NCBI RefSeq assembly: GCF_000143415.4
Contig: NW_003314301.1
Span: 1,480,981 to 1,544,980 of the forward strand
Reading direction: 5' to 3'
Length of the DNA stretch: 64,000 bases
DNA from: Selaginella moellendorffii
Lineage: Eukaryota; Plantae; Lycopodiophyta
The notes beneath the pieces are model-generated. The model was not told where the DNA came from, made no database searches, and saw only the letters and a program-made list of their open reading frames with translations. Made by a program: the position numbers and the translations under genes. Every line of letters begins with the position of its first letter. Positions within the stretch are counted from its first letter, which is position 1. Below, in pieces: positions 22,729-37,068 of the stretch.

Positions 22729-25700
22729 TTAAACACAGATCTTCAAGTGACCATCCTCGGTGCCGATGATAAACTGGCGTGAAAATGGCAGCACGCTGAT
22801 GGTGTGAATCGTTGACAGATTTCTGCCACTGCGATTCGGAAGATAGACTTTTCTAGGCGTTACTTTTTGACTGGAATGACCCTGAAAGAGAACATAGCTT
22901 GAAAAAAAAACCAGTCGAATACAAAAACCTTTACCAGTTTCGAAAACGAGGAAACTCCAATCTTGTTTCCAGCAGCTGAGAGTATGTTGCCTCCCCACAA
23001 AGCGAAGCTCGCCACTGCGTCTCTGTGGCCTTGAAACGTCTGTAGCTGAAGGGGCCAGCTTCTGGAAACACGAAGCACGGAAACTCGAGTAACTCACAGC
23101 AATAAAAGAAAGCACAAAGAACTCACTTCCGGAGATCCCATACTGATAGTGTTTTGTCCAAGGAGCTAGAAACGAGATAATACTCCTCCAGGGGCGCAAG
23201 CTAGAATGAAAACTCCATGAGAAAGATACGAAAGAAGAAAGTACGTTACTTACGTTTGTGATTTCAGCTCCATGAGCTCGCCAGCTTCCAATCACACTTC
23301 CACTTCTGGCATCAAGAATACTGCAATGTCCAGAATTGAAACCGACGCCTATCCAAGAAGAGAAAGACTTCGATTTCTCTTCAGGGGCTTCTCGAGACGA
23401 AGATGTCACCGACGAGACGAACGAAGAAACTGAGGTTTCTGATGAAGTTTCACAGCGCCAGGAAAACAGCTGGCGACTTGTAACAGGATCTACAAACCTG
23501 CAAATCGGGAAAACAAGAAACGACGTCCGAAGCTCGTCAAAATTTTCAAGCTCACCTGAGATGGCCATTAGTCGTTCCAATCGCAAGCTTCGTCTCTGCC
23601 TCCATGAAATGCATGAAGGTGTAAGCATTTCCAGCGGATAGTGTCCCATTCGTCAAGCTCATATCAGCAACTTCACTCTGTCTCAAAGAACCGGAGATTG
23701 AAGTTTCATCCAGCAGGGCCAAACGTTTTCCTGTTTCGGAATTCCAGATGTGAAGCATACCATCACACGAGCCAACTCTTTCGAATCCTTGAAAGACACA
23801 TATATCGTTCACGGCCTGGAAACAAAGAAGTCAGCATCGCTAAGTTTTCAGCTGCTATTTACCTCTTCGTGACCAGAATACTCCGTGATACATTCTGCAG
23901 ATGAGAGGTCCCACTTTCGAACGACAGATCTTCCACGTAAACCACCAGCCGAAAAAATCACAGTCTCGTCGCCTCCAAGTCGTGAGACTTTTACAGTGCC
24001 ACTATGAGCACGCCAGGAATGTGCGACGATCCCATTTAGCTTCCATGACTGCTCGTCTTTCGTACCGGCATGCGCCACTCCAATTCTACTCTTGTTGTTT
24101 GACTCGGCACCACCACGAGTTTCGTCATGAGTCGGCACCCAGAACCATGGCTCCTCGTTTGGTTTCACGACTAATTCTTGATCTTGGTTGCGAGAAGTAA
24201 AAGAGCCCGTCCACTTTGCAGCCTGGGATTGCGGAATAGACCATCCTACACCATTGAGTAGGAGGTTGGCAGGACTAAAGCTTCCAGTGTTTGAAGACTC
24301 TTCTACGGGCAAAGCTTCTGTAGAATGAGTGAAATGTCTGCTAGTGTCTGTCCACTGCAACAAAACTCCCACAATAAACTTACGACGGAGCCAACTCAAA
24401 CTGCATACCTTCCAATCATATTTCTTTGCAAGGCTTTGTTCCAGAACAAGCCATGTCGGGAAAGACTGACGAACTCTCTCAATTCCCAAGAGTGATGCCA
24501 ATTCAGAATACAACAAATATCTGAACGACATCAGTTATGTCAGTAAGGAAGAACCAAAAGAGAAAAAAACATACGCAAGGTCCAGTTCCTCGGAAATGTT
24601 GCTGTACGCAAGGGCATGAAAGAACTCTTTGAATTGCGGCATGACGTGTAGAAAAGTAAGCTCTGGTCCACTTCGTCTACAAGCGGCTAAAATACTTTTT
24701 GCTGCGGACTGCAAAAAGGAAAAAAAAATAAGTGACACCAAGAAAACAAAAGGTTTGAACAACCTGACGAAAGCGATGTGGCAAATTCTTTTGCTGGAAA
24801 ATTTTGTAGAGGAAATTGTTAGGTTCCTGCACAAGAAATCGATAAACGCAAGCTTGGAGTAAATCCTAGGTACCTGCAATAACTCTCTCGATACGGAAAC
24901 TGGATTCAATAGCAATACGAGACGACTTAACACGGTCAAGGCATCAGCCGCTGCCAATAAACGCCAGCTTTGTGTTGGAGCAGTCTTATGTGTTAATGGC
25001 TCAATACTGAGCATGAGAACGTACTTCAAAGGTGGAAGCCAATGCTTGATAATTGCCTCAGGTCCAAATTTCTCGCCTGAAACAGCATAATTCAAAACTA
25101 AGAAGAATGTAAAACAAAAGAAAGTGCCTGACTGACCGATTTCTACAAGAGAATCTACGCCATGCACAGTGATGTCACGTCCCAATGACTGCAAGAGTGG
25201 CAGAATTGTCTAGCAAACAAAAGAACTACGTTAATGAGTTTCTGACCAATTCAACAGTTAATCCTTTTACCTGGTTCAGTGTGACTGGCAATCCCAACTC
25301 TTGGCAAGTGTCCACCAAAACAAGTGATGCTGCACTCGCTTGCTGGCTTTCGGGCGAACGTAGAACACTGAGCACTATAAGCGAGTGGAAGTGCTGCAAA
25401 TACACGTGTGTGCCAAGGAGCCGTCTCAAGTTTCTGATGAATGAAGATCCAAGTAATCCAGCTTTCAACTGAGCATCAGCATCGTTTTCCTGCAAAAAAC
25501 AATACAAGAATTAAATACCATAGATTTATGCCATCAGTTCAGACTTACTTGCAAAATGCTTTGCACGACTGGCAAAAGTAGACGCCTTGAAGCCTGTTGC
25601 TTGAGAACTTGAAGCAAAGATTTCAACAGGATAATTACTGCCATAGGATCGAGATCATTGTAAGGATGGGCGATGACAGACAAACAAGCCGGTGCACAAA

Positions 25701-28116
25701 GCTCGGAAGCAACTGGTCCCATGAGAGCAAACGCAGACTGTTGAGCCATTTTCGCTGCATAGAACAGGCGGTCGTGGTTGCTGGCTAGAAAATGAAACGA
25801 AGAAAGGAATGTGTAAGCTGACCGAACTACCGGAGGGAAAAACGGTGACTCTAGCAACTTCTCAGCGCTTGGCCGTCTAGAAAAGAAACAAATGCCCGTT
25901 ATATGAGTTGACAAAAAAATCAAAAAGGAAATCTACCTCTTGATGTCCGCGGCGAGAGTTGTTTCCACGACAATACGGACGTGAGGTGGAAGCTGATTTA
26001 GAGTTCCTGGAAGTGATTTCCTTTCCAGCCAAACTGCAGCACTGGTTGAATCAAAGAGCGGTTTTTGAAGAAAAATCTCTGCAACCAAGCATCCGATGCC
26101 GAATATGTCAGCAGCCTCGCTCTCCCGGATCGGCTTTAACACCGAAACTTCACGTTGCCATGCAACTAGTCTCTGATAAGATACGTTCTCGTCGTCGACG
26201 TCATCGTCCTGCTCGAAATGGAGCTTCTGGAAAAGCTCACTCCAGACTTTCTCGTCGGACTCTGCGACGTTTCGCAATATCGCCTCGCAGGCGTTTGATG
26301 CAACTGGAGGATGATCCGAGTTTGTAGAATTGTGTCCTTCCGGATCGGGCACTGGTACACCATACCATGGAGACAAACTCCTTCCAGAACTGCAAAAGGA
26401 CGCTGACTCCTCCAGCTGTTCCAAGAGGTTTTTCTTGGAGCTGGAAGTCATCCGCATAGGATGCGGCTTCGAAAACAGCTGCCGTCGTCCTGATGATCTC
26501 GGCATGCTCGGTGCTGTAGTTGAAAGCGTAACATTCTTCGCCAGAACAGCAGCTTCACCCGACAACTTATAACCAAAAGTGAGATCAATCCACTCGTGGA
26601 GCTGCCTCGAAACACGGTCACTCTCTAAAGCAGAACGGTGTAAACGGATAAAGTCCTCGGGATCTTCAGCCCAGCTTGGAACAGCAAGATCACCCATACC
26701 ATGGTGTATCGACCGGAAAACTTCTGGATCACTGTAAAATTCTGGAATGCACTCGTCCGGCGTCCAGTGGTACAGCCTTTGCATGTTCACTGGGTACTCG
26801 TTCGGCTCGTACACTGAGCGCACAACTCGACGAAGTACCAGCAGCGGAAGCCTTCTAGCTTTGTAGATGCAGACCGCGAGCTCCGAAAGGCACTCGTCCG
26901 AGACGTGGTGTGGAATCTCGGCAGTGGCGTACGTAAAGTCGAGCTGCTCGTCCCCTTTGGCTAAGCGCCATTTGCTCTTCGTCAAGTCACGCCAGCCAGT
27001 GTCATTCTCTTGGTCGGGTTTTGCTGTGAAGTCTATCACCCACGGCATGACCGTATGAAAGCACCTGTCCCCCCATCTTCTTCCAGCCAGCCTGTTGAGA
27101 AGTAGAAGATAGTCGAAGTTGCTAAGCTCTCCCCGGAACCACTTCTTAAACTGGCTTCTCCACTCGAGCTCGTCTTCAACTAGAGAAGTCTCCGTTGTTG
27201 GATTAAATACTTCACGACGTATAGAGGTCGTAGCGAATCCTGTAAGCCAGCACCACATACTGCTCGTGATGAGCACGCTGGATGGATTTATGTTTCCGTG
27301 AAAAACTTCCAGCTTGTGGCAATGAGCCAAACCAGCGATGATCTGATATAGAAAGAACCGCAGCTGCCAGTCATCTCCCAAGGCACCCGGGCTAAAATGC
27401 AAGAGCGAACGCAGCGTATATGGGGCTGGCGGAAAAACTAGATATAAAGTCTCGTTCCCCAGGAACGCACCTGTGAGCGGCGCTATGCACGGATGACTAC
27501 TGCCAAGACAGAGATGGAGTAATCGCTGTTGATAATCTCCATCCCCTTCCCTTTCCTCTACAGCACTATTGCTCCTACTAAGATCCTTCAAACCACTTGA
27601 GAAAAACCTGGTTTTTTCGAGTGCCAATACGAGAGCTTCGAAGGACGCGTCTTCCAGAGTTGCATCTCTGTGTAGAACTTTCAGGAATTTGGAGAATGCT
27701 GCTAGAGGAGCTGAATCCCTGAGAGCGAAAAAGAGAAAAAAAATTAGTCATGGCTTATAAAGTATAGCTTCTGTTACCCGGGAGGAAGAGCAATAACACG
27801 CAAAACAAGTTCCATTTTTGAATCTCCCCTGGCAGAAATCGAAGAGGTTTCAGCAACAAAAGTCACGAAATCTCTACAGCATACCATTTTTTCCGATCCA
27901 AAGTCGCTGTATCCACCTGAGATTTCCACCACCAAACGAGCTCTATCAATCAATCGATCAATCAAAGCTCTAGTTAATTACCTCGCAGAACAAATGCGCC
28001 CCAAACGGATACGGCGATCGAAAGAGGCCATGAGAAACGACCACATTCTTCGAGAAATCACGCTCCACGGCAGCGCGCAGCTCATCCAACGACGCCGCGG
28101 CTCTCTTCTCCGCCAT
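22729..28116 (-). CDS. GFS12: BEACH-domain/kinase-like/WD40 protein (GFS12/BchD, WDR81 homolog), multi-exon
   Basis: GELSNFDYLLLLNRLAGRRWGDRCFHTVMPWVIDF; WRDLTKSKWRLAKGDEQLDFTY; YEPNEYP.NMQRLY.WTPDECIPEFY; WIDLTFGYKLSG; C-terminal WD40 ending GTEDGHLKICV*; ATG at 28116 (MAEKRAAASLDEL). Confidence 0.93.
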
Positions 28117-28977
28117 GATAAACCCTAGAACAGCCAAGGAGCCCTAAAAACAGAGTGACGTTTTATCAAAATTTTAGCGGCATATTTAAAGCTGGCGAAT
28201 ATTCCTTTTTAAATCTGTTTTATGTCAGCCATTTTTAAATCTTTCCTAGGGCAATGGAATGGAGCTACGCTTTATTGGAGGAAAAGACGTGGAAGAAAGG
28301 ATGCGGATTGGTCAGATCGCTCAAGAAGCTACTTGGCGGGCTGCTGAGCTGCGTGATTGGCTGCGCCTCCCAGCTCATAACAGAGATCCTAGAAGATTCG
28401 TGCGGCAGTGCTTGTGTCTTGTGCGCTGACCTACGTTGACCAATCGCTCCATGACAGTCATCGGCGGTCAAAAGTAATGGTTGTGGTTGAATTTATAATA
28501 CAAAGTGATGTGTGCTTGAGCAGGGCATTATTTTACCTATATGGTCCCTTTCATTGATCTTGTTATTGTTTGCACGGGCTCTCACATAATAGGTTATTCA
28601 TGCTCAGTTAGGTGTGCAATATAATTTTAGTATACTGAAAGTTTAAGCAACTTTGGAATTTTTATATGGCTGTGTATCTTTATTTCTAGTACCCATTAAT
28701 GTTGGTGACATCTGCTGGAATGTCCACTACATCAGTATGTTGTTAGTGTTGTTCGCACCCACAACACATAGTGGTGAAGCATGAAACTCGTGGTTACACT
28801 ATCGTATGTTGGATTGCCCTCTCAAAAATTCCAATTCTCACTTTGAAAGGTCATCCAGGGGAAAATCCACCCGACAATTATTGACTCCAGCTCCTTCTAT
28901 ACTATAGTAGCAAGGATATCGATCGATCAATATCCAGCATGATATTATCTTTGTAACATTTTGGGAGCTCACGTTGA

Positions 28978-29457
28978 TTAGTAAGATCGCGCGGCAGCCT
29001 CGAGATAGCCAATGTAGGTGAATAGAACACTCGTGAGGCGGCCGATAACCTTTTCCTGGGACGCTCCCTCCATGGGGCTCAGCTCAAACGACCACTCCAC
29101 GGTGTTATGCCCGTCCGGCCCTCCCAAAACTCTCATGGTGGCGACGTAGTCCTCCATTCCCAGGTTGGACTCTATCAGCGCATAGGAGATGGTGTGGCTG
29201 GATTCGTCCATGGTCAGGAGCTTCTCCTTGGCCCACGATTTGCGACCGTCGCATCCGGTGGACGAGCCCTCGACGTAGCGGACGCTGCCGGGCGCGCGGG
29301 GGTGATCGCCCGCGATCCAGCGGCAGACATGGAGGGCTGGGATCCACTGGTGGAGATTGCAGTAGTCGGAAGCGACGGCCCACAGGCGCTCGATTGGAGC
29401 GGAGACGACCTTGCGAGTGCTGCCGCGCCACTTGTAACGAGAGCTTGAAGAAGACAT
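28978..29457 (-). CDS. SRPBCC/polyketide cyclase-dehydrase (lachrymatory-factor-synthase-like) protein
   Basis: KWRGS..VVSAPIERLWAVASDYCNLHQWIP...C..IAG...PGSVRY...WAKEKLL.MD..H.ISY...SNLG..Y; ATG 29457. Confidence 0.88.
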   Translation of the reverse strand: MSSSSSRYKWRGSTRKVVSAPIERLWAVASDYCNLHQWIPALHVCRWIAGDHPRAPGSVRYVEGSSTGCDGRKSWAKEKLLTMDESSHTISYALIESNLGMEDYVATMRVLGGPDGHNTVEWSFELSPMEGASQEKVIGRLTSVLFTYIGYLEAAARSY

Positions 29458-30079
29458 GATTCTTACAAAAACTCCACAGAGAGAGAAAGAGAGAGAGAGC
29501 GAGAGAGCGAGCGAGCGCTTGAGAGAAGGAAAACGCAGAGCTCTAATGAGGAGCTTGGGAGGAGCTTTGCGGGAGTGAAAAGAATTAAATAGTCGATGGA
29601 TGATCGATTCATCGACCCCTCCCCTCTGAGATCTAGCGAAGCCCAAGTTTAGGGAGTTTCAGAACTCATACACGTGGACGGCCGCGATGTGGCCAGGGGA
29701 AATTTGTTTTTAAACCGGGTGTGGCGCGATTCACGGCGCGCGAATCTTTGGAGGGGCATTTTCTCAGTCCCGTGTTTGTGACAACTACTCAAGCAACTTT
29801 GAAGCACTATGGAAAAACTCGATCGTATATGGCTCTTGACAAAAAGCCCTTTGGCCTTACTGGAATGGAATCCAAAGGAGTCCGACTTCTTACTCGCACG
29901 GTAAATCATGGCACATGAGCAAACAGTTCTTTAGGTTTACAGGGCTAAATTAGGCCAAAAAACATCAAGCACCTTTTCTTGGCATTGGAACTTCGCATAT
30001 TTTATAATGGCATATTCGGCGGAAGGATATTCTATGAGAATTCCAGGATTTTAGGGTTCGTCCATTTTTGCGGGATCCA

Positions 30080-31394
30080 ATGCAGGGATTCCTCGACCAG
30101 GCAGACGACGGTGTCCTGTGCGCGATCTTCTCCTTCCTCTCTCCGCGCGACATTGCGAGCTGCGCCGCCGTGTGCCGGCGATTGCAGCGCCTCTGCCGCG
30201 ACGATACGGATCTCTGGCTCGCGCTCTGCCACCGGCGCTGGGCCGGATTCACGAGCTTGAGGGATTGGAGCAGGAGCGTGCTGGGCGACGATGGCGAGCT
30301 AGGGTTTATGCGCTACAGAGGTTTGTACAAGCTCCTGGCGAAATGGGGGAGCTTGATTGGCTTCTGGCGGGGTGTCAATGGGAATAGGTCGCAGATTCTG
30401 GGATTTGAGTGGCGCAAGAACTCGATTCATGGGTTTCGGATCGTTCCAGCGAGCAGGGGAAGCTATCAAGTGCGAAGAATTCCATTTCTGTGGCTGGGAG
30501 CTGCCGCGAATGGGAAGGAGATTTGCGTCATGAATCCAGCGCTGGATCGGGATTGTGGCTGCTGCAGTTGTCACGCACCGAAGGATCATCCAGGTAGCTC
30601 CAGGGATGATCATGGCTCTTCCAGCAGCGAAAAGATTGGCGATCTCTTCGCGGGGATGGACTCCGAGTGGGATGTGGAGGATTTATCTCGACTCGGGCTG
30701 GTTCTCGTCGACGTCCACTTTGCCGGGAAGAATCACATCGTCTTGGAGGAGCTGAATTGCCAGAGGCAAGTAGCGAGGATGAAGATCTCCCTGGCCGAGG
30801 CGGTGGCGAGTGCCTCGTTTGGATTCAGCGAGAACTTGGAGATCACGACGAGGAGCTATGGCAAGAGTCCTCCCGGGAGCTTTCCTTTCGAGATGTATCG
30901 CTTCCTCACGAGCAAAGTGACGAGCCCCGGAAGCGATAGAGCGGCCAGGAAGCAGTGGAAGAGAGACAAGGAGCGAGCCGAGAGCCGAGGAAGGCTATGG
31001 TGGCTGGAGCAATTGCATTTTGTCAAGGTGGTGGAATCCTCTCCAACGAAATCGAGGCCATTCCAAGGATTGTGGAAGGTAATCAAGATCTCTCTTTCTT
31101 TCTCTAGATCGCTCAAAGGTTTTTTTTTTTTTTATCCTCTTCCAGGGGTTGTGTCGATGCGAAGCTTTGGATTTCTTGCTCGTCTCCTACGACGACGATC
31201 GAGGCGCGATCACCTCCAGGCAAGTTGGCGAGTCCTCGTCAATTCGATCTTCGTGGATGAATCTCTCGGCCAGAAATTTCCAGCAGATTGATCTCGAGAC
31301 AATGGCATTTCGATTGCGTTTGCCGGACACGAATCTCTCCACCGATTTTAGACCGCTCGCCTCGTCCGGGAACTTACTGGACGTTGTCAGCTGA
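30080..31394 (+). CDS. F-box protein (At3g12350-like), 2 exons, C-terminus possibly short
   Basis: F-box ADDGVLCAIFSFLSPRDIASCAAVCRRL..LC..D.LWLALC.RRW; SPPGSFPFEMYRFL.SK.TSPG; HFVKV...PT.SRP.QGLWK|G; intron 31079-31145. Confidence 0.8.
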
Positions 31395-31659
31395 GAGTCC
31401 CGGGGAGAGATCTCGAACCCGCGATCCCTCTAGTTTTGTACACTCGATTTATCGCGCTTAGGCGGACTTACAAACCCTAGGCCTAGGTAGCTATGGCGGC
31501 CTCTTAGGGTTTTTCTCCGCGGCGTGGGGTTTTGTGATCTATCCGAGGCAGTGGCGATGCATGCGTAGATCGATCCGGCAGGTAGAATTTGAGATCTCCG
31601 ACTAGATGTGTATCGGATTCTAGAGTCTCGCCAGAAAATCTACAGCATTGTCTCTGGAG

Positions 31660-34209
31660 ATGGAGCGCAGCAGCAGCAAGGCCGGCAATGGCCAGGCATC
31701 CAAGATTTCCGCATCGCCGGACGACGATCAGGGGATATTTCGCCGCGCCAAGCGCTCAATCGACGATCTCATCACGCAGGCTCGTCGATTCCGGCTCAAG
31801 ACGAAGCAGCAGGAGCTCCTGATCCGGGTCAGCGCGCTGCTACTCATCTACGTCCTGGCATTCGCGACGCGGCTCTTCAGCGTACTTCGCTACGAGAGCG
31901 TGATCCACGAATTCGATCCATACTTCAACTACAGGACCACACTCTATCTCACGCAGAAAGGATTCTACGAGTTTTGGAACTGGTTCGACTATGAGAGCTG
32001 GTATCCTCTGGGCAGGATCATCGGTGGGACTTTGTATCCGGGGCTCATGGTCACTGCCGCGCTACTCTACTGGACGCTGAGGCTTCTAAGTTTCGCCGTT
32101 CATATCCGGGACGTTTGCGTGCTCACCGCGCCTTTCTTCGCCTCAAACACAGCCATGGTCGGGTACTTCTTTGGGAAAGAGCTCAAGGATCCAGGGACTG
32201 GATTGGTGGCGGCAGCGTTTCTAGCAATCTGTCCGGGATATATCTCGAGATCGGTGGCCGGGTCTTACGACAACGAGGGGGTGGCCATCTTTGCGTTGCT
32301 GCTTACGTTCTATCTGTTCGTCAAGGCTGTGAACACGGGATCGCTGGCTTGGGCCGTGGCCTCGGCGTTTGCGTACTTCTACATGGTGTCGGCCTGGGGA
32401 GGATATATCTTTATCATCAACTTGCTGCCGATCTACGTGCTGGTTTTGCTCGTCACTGGGAGGTACTCGTTGCGGCTCTATGTCGCTTACAACACGCTGT
32501 ACGTCCTGGGCATGCTCTTGGCGATGCAAATTCGCTTCGTCGGCTTTCAGCATGTCCAGTCCGGGGAACACATGGCCGCAATGGGAGTTTTTTTCCTCAT
32601 GCAGGTACTACAAATCGTTCTTTGCTGTGGAAAACGAGCTAAGACCTTTGCTTTCCTTGCTTGCAGGTGTTTTATCTAGTGAACTGGGTGAAGAGCATGG
32701 TCGAGCCCAAGCTCTTCCAAGCGTTCCTCAAGATCGCTGTGATTGTCACCGGAGGTGCCGGCGCACTGGCACTGGGTGTGGGAATGGCAACGGGTTATAT
32801 TTCTCCGTGGACAGGCAGGTTTTACTCGTTGCTGGATCCAACTTATGCCAAGGATCACATACCGATTATCGCCTCGGTCTCTGAGCACCAGCCGACAGCG
32901 TGGTCATCGTTTATGTTCGACTACCACCTCCTCCTCTTTTTGTTCCCGGCGGGGCTTTTCTTCTGCTTCCGACGACCGACGGATGCCACCATATTTATCA
33001 TGATCTATGGTCTGACAAGCTTATACTTTGCCGGGGTTATGGTTCGGCTGATCCTCGTCGCAACGCCGGCGGTATGCCTCATCGGAGCTATCGCGGTGTC
33101 CTCGACTTTGAAGAACGTATGTGGTCTTCTACGTGAGAAACCTGTGGGTAAAGTTCCTGAAAGACAAGGCAAAGACAAATCAAAGGTAAGTAGCTTTTGC
33201 TCTTTTCTTACTTGTTCTCGCCTTTGTTTAATGTCTTGTATGGCTTCTACAGGGTGGATCGGACCAGTCGATTCCGTTCCAAAGGGAAGCCTGCATTGTC
33301 GTCCTCGCCGGAGCTCTTTATCTCCTGACGAGCTATGCTTTGCACTGTACTTGGGTGACTTCCGAGGCTTATTCTTCACCCTCCATAGTTCTCGCTGCCC
33401 GGCAAAGCAACGGAGACCGAGTTATCTTCGATGACTTCCGTGAGGCTTACTTCTGGCTTCAGCACAACACTCCTCCAGACGCGAAGGTCATGTCTTGGTG
33501 GGATTATGGGTATCAGATCACCGCGATGGGAAACAGGACGGTTATAGTGGACAACAATACGTGGAACAACACACACATTGCTACTGTAGGACGAGCAATG
33601 TCGTCCTACGAGGATGAAGCTTACGAGATCATGCGGTCCTTGGATGTGGATTACGTTCTGGTAGTATTCGGTGGTGTCACTGGCTATTCCTCGGACGACA
33701 TAAACAAGTAAGCAGTTGATCTTCTGGGTTTGTTTCTTCTTTAACTGCTGACGAGAGCTCAAACTGGGACAGATTCTTGTGGATGGTTCGGATTGGAGGT
33801 GGCGTATTTCCCGTCATCAAGGAGTCCGATTATCTCAACAATGGAGAATACCGGATCGATGCAGCCGCGGCTCCAAAGATGCTAGAGTGTTTGATGTAAG
33901 CAATTTCTAAGATTGTTTTCCAATCTCTATCGTGTTTCTGTGTTTCCCCAGGTACAAGTTATGCTACTATAGATTTGGCGAAGTATCTACAGAGTATGGC
34001 AAGCCTCCGGGGTACGATATCATCGCTGCCTCTCGGTTTCCAGTTTTTGATGCATCGTTGTTTTTTTTTTTATTTATAGGTGGGATCGTGCTCGGGGAAC
34101 TGTAATTGGCAAAAAGGATTTCGAGCTGGAGTACCTGGATGAAGCATTTACAACGTCAAATTGGATTGTTCGCATTTACAAGCTCAAGCCCCCTGCAAAC
34201 AGGAAGTAA
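31660..34209 (+). CDS. STT3B: Oligosaccharyltransferase catalytic subunit STT3B, 6 exons
   Basis: [50 protein letters not shown]|FLWMVRI. Approximate exons 31660-32604, 32667-33185, 33252-33707, 33773-33895, 33952-34011, 34080-34209. N-terminal [11 protein letters not shown] is B-type. Confidence 0.96.
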
Positions 34210-37068
34210 ACAACCAATTTTTGTAATCGCAGCCAAAGACTTTTGCAAATCAAGTTTCTAACTCTCTTTTCGTATTGAGTACAATCAAACAACTTGGGTT
34301 TTTTTGACAGAACTTCCTTCTAAATGTTTGGTCCATCTTACGTTTTTGTAGATTTGGAGAGGGCCGCGCTCAACTAAGACGTCCATTCATCCACTTTGGG
34401 AAGATGGTAGCCTGGCACTCTTTCCAAGGTCTGAGCAGATCTTCACAGCCTTTCTCGATTCCTTTGCAATTGATTTGCTTTCATTTCTTGTGTGCATAAG
34501 GAAATCGAGGAAAGAATGACTGAAGAACACATCGTAGCATGTAAGTTATTAAAATCCTTCTAAACCAGATGGACTTGGATCTACAGTGGTTTTCCTTCAA
34601 CATCTACTAGGAGATTTGGAAGGACTAGGATACAAGATCTGGAGTTTTAGATGCAGAGTCTTAAGATATAAATAACCCAAAGTCATAGCTCCAGCCACAC
34701 CGTCTGTGGGGCTCCTACCCACGACCACATGAGATGGATAATAGTTAATATTTTATAATTGAGAGAGTTTAGTTTTATGGGGACAAATTATGATTAAATT
34801 TTGCTTCTTGTTGGATTTGGGATCCCCAACCTTGTTTAAGTTTTTATTTGCAAAACTTAAATCGTTTCAAGGGTTAAATGCATAAACAACTAAATCATCT
34901 CAAATACATCAAGACAAAATATTTGGCCAATAAAGAACATAATGATATCATTAACTTTCCAGAATCTAGTGCTATAAGTTCTACAATAATGAATATGTTT
35001 TTTGGGGATTTATATTATTTAATTGTTTCTAATTGTTTATGTTTAAGTAGTGTTTAATGTTATTTAAAAGTTTTAAAAAGACTAAATTCAAATCCAGTAA
35101 AATAATTACTATTTAATTTATACATCATATTTAAATAAAATAATTTTATTTTAACAAAACATGATCCAAGTAATTTGATTTAACATTTTGAGTACATGCA
35201 AAGTCATATTTTAATTAGCCATAACTCATATAAATCTAAAAACAAGAAGTATTGAAACATTTTTATATTACACAAAGCAAAGAAAAGAATATTCATTCTT
35301 AAAAGCTTTTAAAAGAGAATTTATTCTGTAAATGTTTTTAAATAAATAACCATACAACCTAGTTTTAATATATTTTAACATGCTTATCATCTTTAAAATA
35401 TATATTTAAAATAAAAGTTCACAGATTGGAATAATTACTTTTGCAATAAAGAATTATAATTTAAATATTTTATAGTGTTTACAATTTTGTCAAAACCATA
35501 TTTTGAAGCTAGCCCAGTGATAAAGGTCCATAACAAAAACATCTTTTAAACATATTGATCACTTATATTTTTCATTTATTTTAGAAAACTGTAATCAACA
35601 GTTAGCGATTTTGGTGTAGATAGATAAATATTTAGAGGAATTTTTCCTTCTGATTCTTCCCTAATTTCATCATTTATAATTTAAATATTAGTATTAGAAT
35701 AAATAATAATATAAAAAAATTTAATTTATTTTTAAAAATAAAGAATAAATATTATTTGAAACAAAAACTTATATATAATTTTAAGTGGTTGTATTGAGAT
35801 TAAAAAATTAAAATATAAATGCTTATTTCTTCATGATGAATAGAAGTGAAATATGACAGTTTATATAATACAGTATTAAATATTATTTAAACTAATAAGA
35901 TTTTAATATGTGGAGAATTTTTGGTTTGCTTAAGCAAACCTGTAGGAGGACTGGGATGGTAATGAATATACTTAGAATATACTTGGATATTCTATCATCC
36001 AATGGTGGTTATTCATTTAGATTAATTTTATATTTATAATTTATAAAAATGTTTATAATTTATAAACTTTTCTAACCACTTTGTATCATCATGAGCATAC
36101 ATGGTTTTTGGAGCATGAGCCAAAGAAACTGTGTAATGTAAAGTGCATTGGTTGGGCTCTATGTCCATAATGGCAATTGCAAGGGAGCTCTCAAAGTTCC
36201 ACTGCCAAGGCCCTCAATCCAGAAGCAGAGAATCTGGAGCCAAGACTGGATGGACGAAGCAGCCAGTGATCCACATGAAGGGAAGAATGAAAAATAGGAG
36301 GAGCGCTCATAGAGGCCTCCTAGCCTCAATTGTGACAAGCATGAAGCATTGAAACCAGCTCAAGGATTTGAGTAGTGCCCCCTCGAGATCAATCATGATG
36401 CTATCATCATTCCTGGCCACTGCATTGTCCACTGGCTCCAATGGATTGCTCTTGTCCCTGGGAAGCGTCAAGAAAATTATATTTGGACTAGTGAATTGAT
36501 TGAGAATTGGCTCTCCCTGGAGGTTTGAGCTGAGAGCCACAATCCAAGATCAGAAACCCACTATGGCAGTACTGATTGATTGCCCAGAATCAATCAATCA
36601 ACCTGGAATGCATCTATGGATGGAGCATAGATCTTCCTCTGTATGGCTCCCTATTATGTGAGTGGGCAGTGTAGAAAACAACGATCAGTGGAGGACAATC
36701 TTTCTATTCCTATTCATTCCTCTTTTCTAAAGTGACCGATGGAGGGAGATTGTAGCAGTTGAGGAGTAAAGTCAGGCTGCTTCTAGCTTCAGCTTGGTCG
36801 ATGATGAGAAGTATCTAGCAAGGATGTTTACAAATGAGGAGAGTCAGTGCACGAAAAGGTTGAAAAGGTTCAGAAGATTTGTCACCTGCCGAATTGGTTT
36901 ATTGTCTACCATAACCCTAAGTTTGGCAAGTTGACAGATTTTAATTTTTAGCTCAAAGTTTTATTCTTTTTTGTTTTCGATTCTTCAAAGTGAAGTCTAG
37001 CTTATTTTTGAATCTTTTTACTAGTATAAATTAACTAGAGGTAATTTTGTTTAATCAATCACATAGAT

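Noticed and set aside
28254-28471. Short GC-richer ORFs between GFS12 and the SRPBCC gene
   Set aside because: No recognisable domain or splice support.
11880-34209. Biosynthetic gene cluster (DHQ-SDH, SRPBCC, germin)
   Set aside because: Genes are functionally unrelated and interspersed with housekeeping genes; density reflects a compact genome.
35921-35941. Palindrome GGTTTGCTTAAGCAAACC as the left sub-TIR of a giant Helentron including the RPA gene
   Set aside because: Only 8 bp (ttggtttg/caaaccaa) match the 47155 motif; too weak without other copies.
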